A DNA stretch of 64,000 bases from an uncultured Gammaproteobacteria bacterium (lineage in GTDB: Bacteria; Pseudomonadota; Gammaproteobacteria; CAWCPV01). Where the stretch lies: positions 1 through 64,000 of the forward strand of contig CAWCPV010000014.1 of the NCBI GenBank assembly GCA_963797555.1, in the 5' to 3' direction. Numbering within the stretch: position 1 is the first letter of the stretch; the number at the start of each line of letters is the position of its first letter. Positions 9,492-19,393 of the stretch are shown here, in pieces. Both the position numbers and the translations under genes were made by a program. The notes beneath the pieces are model-generated. The model ran no database searches. It saw nothing but the letters and a program-made list of their open reading frames with translations, and was not told where the DNA came from.

Positions 9492-11278
9492 CTCGCCAGA
9501 CGGAAGCCGAGGTTGAGTGTACCGGGCGTCGGGCGTGCTCCTGTAGCGGGTCGCGGAGCGCACGAAGCGCGGCTCGTCGCCCCATGACCCGCCCCGGTTC
9601 ACACGGGGACCGCCGTCTCCCTTTCGAACGCAGCGCCGCTCAGCACCAGCGTACTTCGTCTCATACGCCGAGCAGGTCCACTCCCACACGTTGCCCAACA
9701 TGTCGTAGAGCCCGAAGCCGTTCGGCCGGAAGCGCCCCGCCGACGCAGTGTAGACATACCCGTCGGTGCAGTCGTGAATCGCCCAGTCTGGGTACGTCTC
9801 CTTCGCCGTCCGGTCGGCCACGTTGGCGTAGCGGCACGCCTCGCTCGAATCATCGCCCCAAAAGCGCGCAGTCTGCGTCCCCGCCCGCGCCGCATACTCC
9901 CACTGGGCCTCCGTCGGCAGCCGGTAGCCCTTCCCGGTCTCCTTCGACAGCCACTCGGCATAGGCGAGCGCGTCGTTCCAGCTCACACAGGTGACCGGGT
10001 GGTCGTCCCCCTGCGGAAATCCCGGGGAACGCCAGAGCTTGTCCTTGTCGAGCTGCGCTTGCTTGCCATCCCAGTAATAACACCCGCCCCCGGTCTCCGC
10101 CTCGGTGCGGTACCCGGTGGCGTCCACGAAGCGGCGGAATTCGCTCACGGTCACCTCGTAGCGGCCCAGAGCGAAGGCCGCGACCTCGACCTCGTGCACT
10201 GGTCCCTCGTCGTCGTCCCGGCCGGCTTCTCCCGCCGGGCTCCCCATCCGAAAACTCCCCGCCGGAATCATCACCATCTCGGGGCCTTCCGAGCCGTCCT
10301 TCAGCCGGTCGCGAAAGCCGCGGACCGCAGTCTTGGCCGGCTCCCGCGGCGGCGCCTCGGCTGCTCGCCGTTCCTCGAGCGGCGGCGCCGCCTCGGGGGC
10401 CTTAGCCGGGAGCTGCGGAACACCGACCTCGAATACGAAGTCGCCCCTGGACAGCTCGTAGTCGCGGATCTTGCCGAACTGCGGGGTCTGGTCCGCATGC
10501 TGCGGCACCTTGCCCTGCAAGTACACGCCAAGCTCCATGCCGGTGACGAAGCCGTCCCTGTCCAGATCGCCCAGGCGATAACGCAGGGCATCGACGAAGG
10601 CGGGCGTGAAGACGCTGCGCGCCGGCACCGTCTCCCCGGCGCTGCCAGCGGTGATGAACTCGCGCACCGGCTCGGCGGTGAGCCGCGAGATCTGGGGCGG
10701 GCGCTTGGGCAGGTCGCGGGCGGCGAACACGGAGCCCGAGAAGCAGCTATCGAACACGAACAGGGCGTGCTTGGCGTCAATGTCCCGCGCCCACAGCATC
10801 ACCTGCTCCATGCTTACGGCCTTGTCCTTGAAGCCGTTCGGGTCCTTCTCGGGAGAGGGGGCGTCGGCGGGCACGATGTAGCCCATCTCCCGCCCCCACC
10901 CTCGATCGAGCGTGTGCCCGTGGCCTGCGAAGTAGAACAGCAGCCGGTTGTCCGGGGCGCGGCCGTAGCGGTGGATGAACTGCACGAAGGCATCGCGGAG
11001 CTCCTGACCGGTGGGGTTCAGGCGCTTCACCGACCTGGAACCCCTGCTCCTTCAGCGCCGCCTCCAGAAGATCCAGCTCGCGCGGGACGCTCTCGAGGTT
11101 CGGCCAGCCTCGCGTGTAGCGGCTTTCCCCGATGAGCAGCGCGTGACTCTCGCGATAGAGTCCCACCTGCTCGCCCGCGGGGTCTTTGAACAGCACCTGG
11201 CCGCGCGAGGCCGCGGTCAGCCGCTGCGCTGAGGCACCACATGCCGAGCACCGCCGCCCAGCACAACCACCTGTTCAT
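9482..11278 (-). CDS. DGR target 2: signal peptide + caspase-family (C14) protease + FGE-sulfatase/CLec domain; frameshifts near 11200, 11030 and 9516
   Basis: Leader MNRWLCWAAVLGMWCLSAAA with a GGAGGTG RBS. Dyad YFAGHG / FDSCFSG. FGE motifs GPEMVMIPAGSFRMGSP, RLPTEAQWEYAARAG, GLYDMLGNVWEW. Paralog of target 1. Confidence 0.88.
9492..9617 (-). repeat. DGR variable repeat VR2
   Basis: 126 bp against the 125-bp TR. Eleven substitutions, all at TR adenines, plus one AAC codon expanded to ACTC (9515-9518). Confidence 0.95.
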
Positions 11279-11572
11279 TGCCTCACCTCCCGGCCCCGCG
11301 GTTCCGACTTTCGCCCCCGCGTGCAGTGTCTGCCCGGATTCATCCCCTGCTCGAGGACTGCTTTGCCAGCCACGCGGCGAGCGTCGCCACACGCTGCAAC
11401 TCCCGTGCACGGCGACGTCGCCTGCGGCCGGGACTGGCGGTGGCCATCCTCGCCCCGCGGGGGGTGCGCCGACGACCACTAAGGCCGCGGCGCGATGAGC
11501 GTCGATGGCACCGAGCCGCCGGTCGGGGAGGCCTGCGAGCCCAAAACCCGCCTGCATCGGGTCACCACAGGC

Positions 11573-12514
11573 TCAGCGCGGCGTCGTCGACTGCCTGCTG
11601 GTGCCACCGCCGCCGTAGTCGATGGTGGAGTTGGTGGTACCGGTGCTGCTGTTCGCGTTACCATCACCTCCCGTGGTCTGGCCACTGCCCCTGGTCCCGC
11701 CTCCTTCCGTGGGGCTTGGTGGCGGTGGCGCGCTCGGCGGATGTTTGTGTTCTTTGTGTTGCAGCAACTTGTGTATTGCCCATCCTGCGCCCGCTCCTAT
11801 GACCGCCCCGCCAATCCCTTCGAGCACCGGCGTGATGTTGCCGGAAGTGGGACTCGTGTATTTGAACTTGTTTCGCCACGCCGTTCGTTGACTCAACGTC
11901 TGCCACCGAGACGGGGTAGGGTCCGATGATGGTGCTGCGGGTAAGTACCACTTCCTGCATCGGGCCGACAACCACCTGCCTGGAGCCCTGTCTCCCCAGC
12001 CATGCGCTCATCGTGCCCCGAATCACGGTAAGCACGGTATGCTGGGGCAAGGCGCTCGCATGATAGACGCCCTGGGTGTGCTCGCTTGGGCGCCACCTTC
12101 AGGCGTTCCCACCTGTTGCAAGCAACGCTGTGTCTCAGCGTAAAGCCTTCCGGTGCGGAACTCCTCGATGCCGATCCTGCACTGCCCGCCTGGGCCACCC
12201 AGGAAGTCGATGCGCGCGCCGCTCCCTAGACCCGTGCTCACGAGCGCGTTGTTCGGGAGGTCCATGGAGCGCGTGACCCTGTCGCCGTTGACGAACACGT
12301 TATTGCCAGCGACGCGCAGGATGCCAATCGAGCCGGTCCTGTCAGAATAAACGAAGCGCGGTTCCGTGTTCTCGTCCAGTTCCACCAAGCCCCCATCCCG
12401 TACCGCGGGGTCCGGCCGTGGGGGCAGCGGCTCGCACGCGCTGGACAGGGCAGCCAGTAGCGAGAACAGGAGCATCGTGACAAAACCGCGCGAGGCATCA
12501 TCGAGCGCGGTCAT
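11573..12514 (-). CDS. Putative lipoprotein (possibly FecR-like) with a Pro/Gly/Thr-rich tail; multiple frameshifts
   Basis: Lipobox LLAALSSAC. A plausible protein continues across ORFs 12023..12712, 11664..12050 and 11573..11971. Confidence 0.4.
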
Positions 12515-12939
12515 GAGATCCACCCTGCGCTGCCCAGCGGTGGTCCCCTGGGGATAAGGGCTTGGGTCCTGCGTCTCGCGCACTGTTTGATGTCCTGACA
12601 TGTCAGCCTCCCTATCTGCGCCGCCCTGCGTTGGTGTACAGCGTTTGCCACCGTGCTCAAAGGCTCGGATCTCACGCTCAATATGTCGGGATATGCCGGG
12701 CCGGTGGATCATTTTACTCTGGTGCGGACCTCAGACGCTTGACCGCCCGTTTGCACTTCGGGACTGCGGCTCGCTCTCCAGGAGCCCAACAGGAACCCGC
12801 AGGGTATGGACTACCGCCCGTTCGACCTGGCCGCCCCCGATCCCGGGGCGTGCCAGAAGGCATGGGACGGGGAGGCCACAATGCAAGGCGTGGTCGTCGG
12901 ATCGCTGCTCAACGCTGCGGCCGGGCTGCGCTGCCTGCG

Positions 12940-13425
12940 ATGAAACACCGGGTGCGTTCGGTAGCCGGGCTAGTGGGCGTGTTGGTGACGACTCTGGAGC
13001 TGGCCAGGTGTACCACACCCCGGGTTGCGCCGTCCGGCGTGATCGTACAACCCCTGACCGACGACCGGGAGCACCGCCCTGCGGATGCCGTCGCGGAAGC
13101 CGACCAACTGGACCGGAGGGTTGTCGCACTGTACCGAAGCGGACGCTATGCCGAGGCAATCGTGCGGGCGGAGAAGGCCGTTGCACTGCGCGAGGATCTC
13201 GACCTAGTCTGCCTGCTCACCACGACGCTGCGCGATGCACCAATGTATCGGCTGACCATCCAGCGTACTGCAACCAACGGGTTGCACGCTGAGTCTCAGA
13301 TCATGGTCGACAAGGTCTTCGCCTTGCAACGCGACGGATGCGGCCCCGTGTTCGGCCATCTCGATCAGGACATGATGGTGGCGCTCAACCGGACGTTCGC
13401 ACTGGTCATGGGGATGGCGGATTGA
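12940..13425 (+). pseudogene. Chimera of a TPR-protein 5' fragment and a mazF 3' half
   Basis: LYRSGRYAEAIVRAEKAVALRE (similar to ORF 2466) is joined in frame at about 13205 to LVCLLTTTLRDAPMYRL..LVMGMAD (a copy of the mazF at 18830). Confidence 0.75.
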
Positions 13426-13557
13426 CGAAGGGGAACCGGTCGCAGCCTACGCCACAGGCGCCTACAGCTATCGCGAGATCGCCCAGCACTTCGGCCTCCA
13501 CCCGGCGACCGTGGGGCGGATCGTGCGCAGGCGAATGCTTGCAAGCGAGAACTGACC
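13207..13557 (+). repeat. About 350-bp direct repeat, copy 1 (mazF 3' half + transposase C-terminal HTH remnant)
   Basis: Highly similar to 18938-19288. Confidence 0.9.
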
Positions 13558-13719
13558 CCCGTGCTGCTGACCCTTTACTGTACTTCAACCGCGTCAGGCT
13601 GGCGTTACCCCGGCTCGCCAACCCCTTACGGCTGGAGCCGCAGGCTAGGGTGTGCAGGGCGCATATTTTTCTGCCCGGTGCAGCGATCCCATCACAAGGT
13701 CGGGAGGAGTCCGTACGAC

Positions 13720-15993
13720 CTACTCCCTCCCGGGGGTGGCTGCCGCTCCCGAGATGACCTCTGATCTGGAGCTACACGCGGGCACCCAACGTCTGTAATA
13801 GGCGGAGAACTCCGCAGCGGACACCGGCCTGCAGAAGTAATAGCCCTGCACTTGGTCACAGCCTTGGCTCTTCAGGTAATCCCATTGCGCGGAGGTCTCC
13901 ACCCCCTCGGCCACCACCGTGCGGTTCAGGCTCCTGCCCATGGTGATGATGGTGTTGGTGATGGCCTCGTAGTCGCTGTCACCAGGAATGTCCTTTATGA
14001 AGGACCGGTCGATCTTGATGACGTCGATGGGCAACAGCTTCAGTTGGGAAAGCGAGGAGAACCCGGTGCCGAAGTCGTCCAGGGTAATGTGGATGCCAAT
14101 CTCCTTGAGGCCCGAGAGGATCTGGGCTGCCCTTCCCGCATTGTGCATGACGGTGCTCTCCGTGATCTCCAGCTCCAGTAGTGAGGGGGCGATACCGGTC
14201 CGCGTGAGGATCGCGACGATCTCTTTGGAAAGGCGCGCGTCGGAGAAATGGCGAGCGCTGATGTTCACGGCAATGCGGAGGGCCGGGAGTCCTTCACTCC
14301 GCCAGACCGTAGTCTGGTGGCAGGCCTCTTCCAACACCCACTGGGAGAGGGGAATGATGAGGCCGGATTCCTCCGCCAGGGGAATAAAGCGGGCTGGCGG
14401 TACAAGCCCGAGCTGGGGATGCTGCCAGCGAACCAGGGCCTCCACCCCGGTGATCTCCCCCGTCATGGTGTCGAGCTTCGGTTGGTAGTGCAGGGTCAGC
14501 TCACCCCTAGCGAGGGCCGCGCGCAGGCCGCACTCCAGGGCCATGAGGTCGTGGGCGCGCTCGCTCATCTGGGCCAGATAGAACTGATAGTCGTTCTTTC
14601 CCTGCTCCTTGGCGCTGTACATGGCGATGTCGGCGTGCTTCATCAACGTGAACTCGTCCGTGCCGTTTTCCGGATACACACTGATGCCGATGCTCGCGGT
14701 AACGTGCACGGCCTGTCCATGCAAGACCGTCTCTGTGGCAATGGCCGACAGGATCTTGCGCGTCAGGGCGCCAATCTGAGTGTAGGAGGAGAACTCCTCG
14801 ATCAGAACGACGAACTCGTCCCCCCCCAGGCGAGCCACAACGTCCACCTCCCGCAGGCAGGCGGTGAGCCGCTTGGCCATTTCCTGCAACAGGTGGTCCC
14901 CCGCATCGTGGCCAAGGGCGTCGTTGATCTGCTTGAACCGGTCCAGATCGATGAACATGACCGCCAGACTTCGGCGGAAGCGCTTGGCTTGGGCCAGGGC
15001 ATGGTTCAGGGAATGGCTGAACATCGTCCGGTTGGGAAGGCCCGTCAGGGCATCGTGATACGCCAGGTGGTGAATGTGTTCCTGCATCTGCTGGCGTTCC
15101 GTGACGTCCCGGACCAGGGACAACAGATGGTGGCGCCCGTTGATCGTGATCGGCCCGGTACGCAGCTCGACGGGGAAGACGGAGCCATCCTTGCGCCGGA
15201 ATTGGCGTTCCCGGGTCATCGGCAGGCCCTCCGACGGCGGTGGCTCCGCGCCGGGCGGTTTCAGGTCGATCTGCGCCAGGTTCATGCGCAGAAGTTCCTC
15301 GCGCGCGTACAGCAGGCTCTCGCAGGCGCGCTGGTTGACATCGAGGATGCCCCCGTCGGCATCGTGCAAGAAAAAGCTGTCGAAGGCTTGCTCCACCAGT
15401 GCCCGGAAGTGCGCCTCGCTGTCGGCTAGGGCCAATTCCACTTGCTTGCGCTTGGTGATTTCGAGAAAGGTGCCGCGCGCCTGGCCTGCCTCGCCGGGCG
15501 CTCCCGAGGCCGGCTGGCCGATGGCCTGGACCCAGCGGGTCTCCCCGTATGGCGTTTGGATGCGAAATTCGATCTCGAAGCCTTCGCCGCGGTGCAGGAC
15601 CGCACTGAATGCCCCGCTGACCCGCTCCCGGTCGGCCGGGTGTACCCGGGCCAGGAATTCGGGATAGGGTAGCGGGGGCGAGCTGGGATCCATGGCGAAG
15701 ATCCGGTAGCACTCCGGCGACCAGCGCCCGGTGTCCGTGTCCCTGGCGTACGACCAGTTGCCCAGGCCGGCGATGCGTTGCGCTTCCGTCAGGCGGCCGT
15801 AAATCTCCTGAAGTTCCCGGGAAGCCAGTGACTCGGAACGGAGCAGCAGATAACGCTCTTGGTCGGCTTCCGCATAGGCACGGCTGACCCGTTCCAAAAG
15901 TTCCCGCCATTGCCCCGCGTTGGGCAGCAACGTCCCCTCATCGCTTAGACCCAAGCGCTTGAGTTGGCGGAGCAGAAGAGCGTGCAGCGGCAC
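13720..15993 (-). CDS. PAS-PAS-GGDEF-EAL diguanylate cyclase/phosphodiesterase
   Basis: Two PAS/PAC domains. Motifs HDALTGLPNR, DLDRFKQIND, RLGGDEF, EALVRW, DDFGTGFSSL, KIDRSF, EGVET, QGYY. Confidence 0.93.
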   Translation of the reverse strand: MPLHALLLRQLKRLGLSDEGTLLPNAGQWRELLERVSRAYAEADQERYLLLRSESLASRELQEIYGRLTEAQRIAGLGNWSYARDTDTGRWSPECYRIFAMDPSSPPLPYPEFLARVHPADRERVSGAFSAVLHRGEGFEIEFRIQTPYGETRWVQAIGQPASGAPGEAGQARGTFLEITKRKQVELALADSEAHFRALVEQAFDSFFLHDADGGILDVNQRACESLLYAREELLRMNLAQIDLKPPGAEPPPSEGLPMTRERQFRRKDGSVFPVELRTGPITINGRHHLLSLVRDVTERQQMQEHIHHLAYHDALTGLPNRTMFSHSLNHALAQAKRFRRSLAVMFIDLDRFKQINDALGHDAGDHLLQEMAKRLTACLREVDVVARLGGDEFVVLIEEFSSYTQIGALTRKILSAIATETVLHGQAVHVTASIGISVYPENGTDEFTLMKHADIAMYSAKEQGKNDYQFYLAQMSERAHDLMALECGLRAALARGELTLHYQPKLDTMTGEITGVEALVRWQHPQLGLVPPARFIPLAEESGLIIPLSQWVLEEACHQTTVWRSEGLPALRIAVNISARHFSDARLSKEIVAILTRTGIAPSLLELEITESTVMHNAGRAAQILSGLKEIGIHITLDDFGTGFSSLSQLKLLPIDVIKIDRSFIKDIPGDSDYEAITNTIITMGRSLNRTVVAEGVETSAQWDYLKSQGCDQVQGYYFCRPVSAAEFSAYYRRWVPACSSRSEVISGAAATPGRE

Positions 15994-15995
15994 GG

Positions 15996-17132
15996 CTAGC
16001 GCTCCGAAGCGATGGTCAGCATCATCGTCTGATTGTGCAGGTCGCAGGAGCCCGTCGAGTACGGCGAAATGCCCCCGTAGCCGTAGAAACCGAACTGATG
16101 GGTACCCGGCGGAAGGTGGTCTAGCAAGGCCTCCGTCTCGTCCTCCACATGCTCGCCTAGCACCAACCGGCGGCCCACGCAGCTCACCGCCAACGCCGCC
16201 AGGGGACTCGATGCGTGCGCATGCACGCGCGCCAAGGTGGCTGCCTCGACGGCCCCGCCCACCAGCTTATCAAAGGTAGCCCGCATCAACTGGGCGAGGG
16301 AGCCCTGGGGGATGTCGCTGGCAAACAGCATGGACTGGCTGGCTTCGTCGACGCCCAGTATTGCGCGCACCAGATGCTTCGTGTCGCCGTGATGGCGGCG
16401 AATGCACAGGGGATAGAGTAGCCCGGTGGATGGCAGGCCCGATGCCAATTCCCCCAGGTACTCCTTGTAGAGGGCGAGGGCCGGCCTGCTGTCCAGTTCG
16501 TAGAGCACGTTGCCCTCGGACCGTGTGACGATGCGCTCGGGCCCGAAGCTTTCCCAGCCGCCGCGGGCGCCGTGGGAGATCTGGAAGCGGTCGCCGTAGA
16601 ACCCGACTGCCGTTGCTATCTTCGTCCTTGGCTGGCCTTCGTGCAGCACCCAGGTGCGCGTGAAGCGATCGTCGTCCGCGGCCAGCCCGCCCATGACCGG
16701 GATGTGGGTGGGAAAGCGGGAGAGGCCGTCCACGAGCTGGCTGCCGTTGATGTTCAGACCGTCCGCCAGCACGAAAACCCCCCGCAACCCATCGGTCTCG
16801 AACTGCCGGGCCAGGTGCTCGCCGGCAGCGAAGGAGTCGTCTCGACTCGCGACCTGGGTGGCCGCGGCTACGAGCCGGCTGTGCTCCAGGCGGATTACCG
16901 CCACCGAGATGCTGTCGTCGTTCACCCGGGGACCGGCAATCTCCCCGGCGGTCGAGCACCCGAGGATGGTGGACGCCGGGTAGGCGTTGCAAAGCTCGGT
17001 AATGGGGATCGGGTCATCGAAGTACTCCGTGGCGCCGAACGCCAGAACCAGCGTTTGTTCGGAGTCGAGGGCCGGGAATGCGTCCACGGACCAACCCTTG
17101 CCGACCTCATGAGAGAACGTGCTGACTTTCAT
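15996..17132 (-). CDS. FIST N/C-domain signal transduction protein
   Basis: Motifs GCSTAGEI, GGLAADD, GWESFGPERIVTRSEGNVLYELD, SCVGRRLVLG and LHNQTM. GGAGG RBS. Confidence 0.88.
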   Translation of the reverse strand: MKVSTFSHEVGKGWSVDAFPALDSEQTLVLAFGATEYFDDPIPITELCNAYPASTILGCSTAGEIAGPRVNDDSISVAVIRLEHSRLVAAATQVASRDDSFAAGEHLARQFETDGLRGVFVLADGLNINGSQLVDGLSRFPTHIPVMGGLAADDDRFTRTWVLHEGQPRTKIATAVGFYGDRFQISHGARGGWESFGPERIVTRSEGNVLYELDSRPALALYKEYLGELASGLPSTGLLYPLCIRRHHGDTKHLVRAILGVDEASQSMLFASDIPQGSLAQLMRATFDKLVGGAVEAATLARVHAHASSPLAALAVSCVGRRLVLGEHVEDETEALLDHLPPGTHQFGFYGYGGISPYSTGSCDLHNQTMMLTIASER

Positions 17133-17525
17133 CCCGATACCTCCCAAGAAACGGACTCCCTCGGACCCCGGATCCGTCCGGCTGCACACGACCTGCGCGC
17201 CTGTACGAACTGGGGCGACTCCCGACGCCGCCTGTTAAGTGTAACGGTAAACTACTTGTTGCCGCTGCTGCTCGGCCGCCTCCACTGCGGTGGGCGGATC
17301 GATCTCATCGAATATCGACAGCGTTTCCGAGCGGCCCCACCACTGCGCGATGCGCTGCTGGTCCGAGAATGGGAAATTATATAAGCGGCATCTGGCGTAA
17401 AAAGGACATCGTCCCGTGGCGGGTAGTGGTCAAGGTCCCAGGGAGGTTCGCTGTAGGGGGACCAGTTACGGAAGCTGGCCGACGGGCCATGGAAGGCCTC
17501 CATGCATCCCGGGCAGCTTAGGTCT

Positions 17526-18385
17526 TCATTGCTGTTGATCGTCCGCGACGACGACCTGGTACGAGTATCCCTGTTCCGTCAGGAAGAGCTTGCGGTGGTG
17601 GGCAAACTCCTCTTCGCGCGTGTCACGCGAGACGAGGTGAAGAAGTGCGCCGCGCGGCCGTCGCCCTTGGGCCGCAGGATGCGACCAAGCCGCTGGGCCT
17701 CTTCCTGGCGTGAACCGAACATGCCCGACACCTGGATGAGCAGGTCGGCGTCCGGGAGGTCGATGGCGAAGTTCCCCACCTTGGAGAGCACGATGCGGTG
17801 CAACTCGTTGCGGCGAAATCGATCGGTCAGATCTGCTCACGTTCGGCCTGCGGTGTCTTGCCCGTGACCAGTGGCGCGTCGAGCTCCTTCGCGATGGCCT
17901 CGACCTGGGCGAGGTATTCGCCGATGATGAGCACCCGACCGTTAGTGTGCTGCTCCAGCAGTCGACGGAGGCGAGACCTCTTGGCCGGGTTCTCGGCGGC
18001 GATCCGGAACTGCGAGCGCCTGTCCGCGAGGGCGTACTGCATCCGGCGCTCCGCACTCATGGCCACACGCTCCTCGACGCAGGCTGCGCTCGCAATCCAG
18101 GCCTGACGTTCGAGGTCCTTCCAGGGGACGTCGAATCGCTTAGGTCCGATCAGGGCGAATACGTCTGCCTCGCGGCCATCTTCTCTAACCAGCGTGGCCG
18201 TGAGCCCCAGTCGCCGGCGCGCTTGCAAGTCGGCAGTCGCGCGGACACCGGAGCCGGCAGCAAGTGGACCTCATCGTAGACGACGAGTCCCCAGGAGCGT
18301 GCCCGGAACAGCTCGAGGTGAGGGAACTCACCGTCGCGATGGGCGCGCCAGGTCAGGATCTGGTAGGTGGTCAGCGTCACAGTGG
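17526..18385 (-). pseudogene. XPB/Ssl2-like SF2 DNA helicase, 5'-truncated fragment with frameshifts
   Basis: [61 protein letters not shown] and [10 protein letters not shown] are spread over several frames. The N-terminal half is absent. Confidence 0.85.
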
Positions 18386-18605
18386 GACACTGGGACAGAC
18401 CCCGATTGTCTATTATCTTGCAGAGCCGATGGAACGGCGGCGCGGTTCGACGGAGAGCTGATAGCCCACGGTGTGTCTGTCCGGGGCCTGGGACGCGACC
18501 TTCCTCGAGAAAGCGGCGGGCAAGGCGTCGGCATTCCGCCTGCCTTGAAGCCACGTGGACGGTGCGCTAGGCTGTTGTTGCGCGCTACGTTTAGAAAGAT
18601 TTGCC

Positions 18606-18833
18606 ATGCCGCGCCCAGGCACTGATGATGGACTGAACAGGTTCCAGCGATACCGAGCCCGCCGCAAGATGCGGGGGATGAAGCTCATTCGCCTGTGGGT
18701 GCCGGATCCGCTGGCACCCGGCTTCGCCGAGGAAGCGAGCCGTCAAGCGGCACTGCTGCGCGGAGCCCCCGAGGAGAGCGAAGCCCTGGAATTCATCGGG
18801 GCCGCGGGCGACTTCGATGATTGGACGGCGTGA
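18606..18833 (+). CDS. Antitoxin, DUF3018/MazE-like
   Basis: RYRARRKMRGMKLIRLWVPDP..FAEEASRQA. Overlaps the toxin start. Confidence 0.8.
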   Translation: MPRPGTDDGLNRFQRYRARRKMRGMKLIRLWVPDPLAPGFAEEASRQAALLRGAPEESEALEFIGAAGDFDDWTA

Positions 18834-19156
18834 AGCGCGGCGATCTCGTGACCGTCGCTGCACAAGGCGATTATGGGAAGCCGCAGCCGGCTGTGGTCGT
18901 TCAGTCCGACTGGCTTCGAGAGACAGACAGCGTCCTGGTCTGCCTGCTCACCACGACGCTGCGCGATGCACCCATGTATCGGCTGACCGTCCAGCCTACT
19001 GGAACCAACGGGTTGCACGCGGAGTCCCAGATCATGGTCGACAAGATCTTCGCCTTGCGAGGCGACAGATGCGGCCCCGTGTTCGGCCATCTCGATCAGG
19101 ACATGATGTTGGCGCTCAACCGGACGTTGGCACTGGTCATGGGGATGGCGGATTGA
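18830..19156 (+). CDS. mazF: PemK/MazF-family toxin
   Basis: MKRGDLVTVAAQGDYGKPQPAVVVQSD..SQIMVDKI. Confidence 0.88.
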   Translation: MKRGDLVTVAAQGDYGKPQPAVVVQSDWLRETDSVLVCLLTTTLRDAPMYRLTVQPTGTNGLHAESQIMVDKIFALRGDRCGPVFGHLDQDMMLALNRTLALVMGMAD

Positions 19157-19288
19157 CAAAGGGGAACCGGTCGCAGCCTACGCCACAGGGGCGTACAGCT
19201 ATCGCGAGATCGCCCAGCACTTCGGCCTCCACCCGGCGACCGTGGGGCGGATCGTCCGCAGGCGAATGCTCGCAAGCGAGAACTGACC
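18938..19288 (+). repeat. About 350-bp direct repeat, copy 2
   Basis: Matches 13207-13557. The 3' part encodes AYATGAYSYREIAQHFGLHPATVGRIVRRRMLASEN*, an HTH tail resembling Y1/RAYT-type transposases. Confidence 0.85.
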
Positions 19289-19393
19289 TGCCCCCGTGCT
19301 GGCGTGCCAACGTGCTGGGTGAAGCACTCCGACCACGCTCCCCCGGTGGCCAGCGATCAAGTCAGAGAGCTAACACCCTGTTCGGAAACTCAC

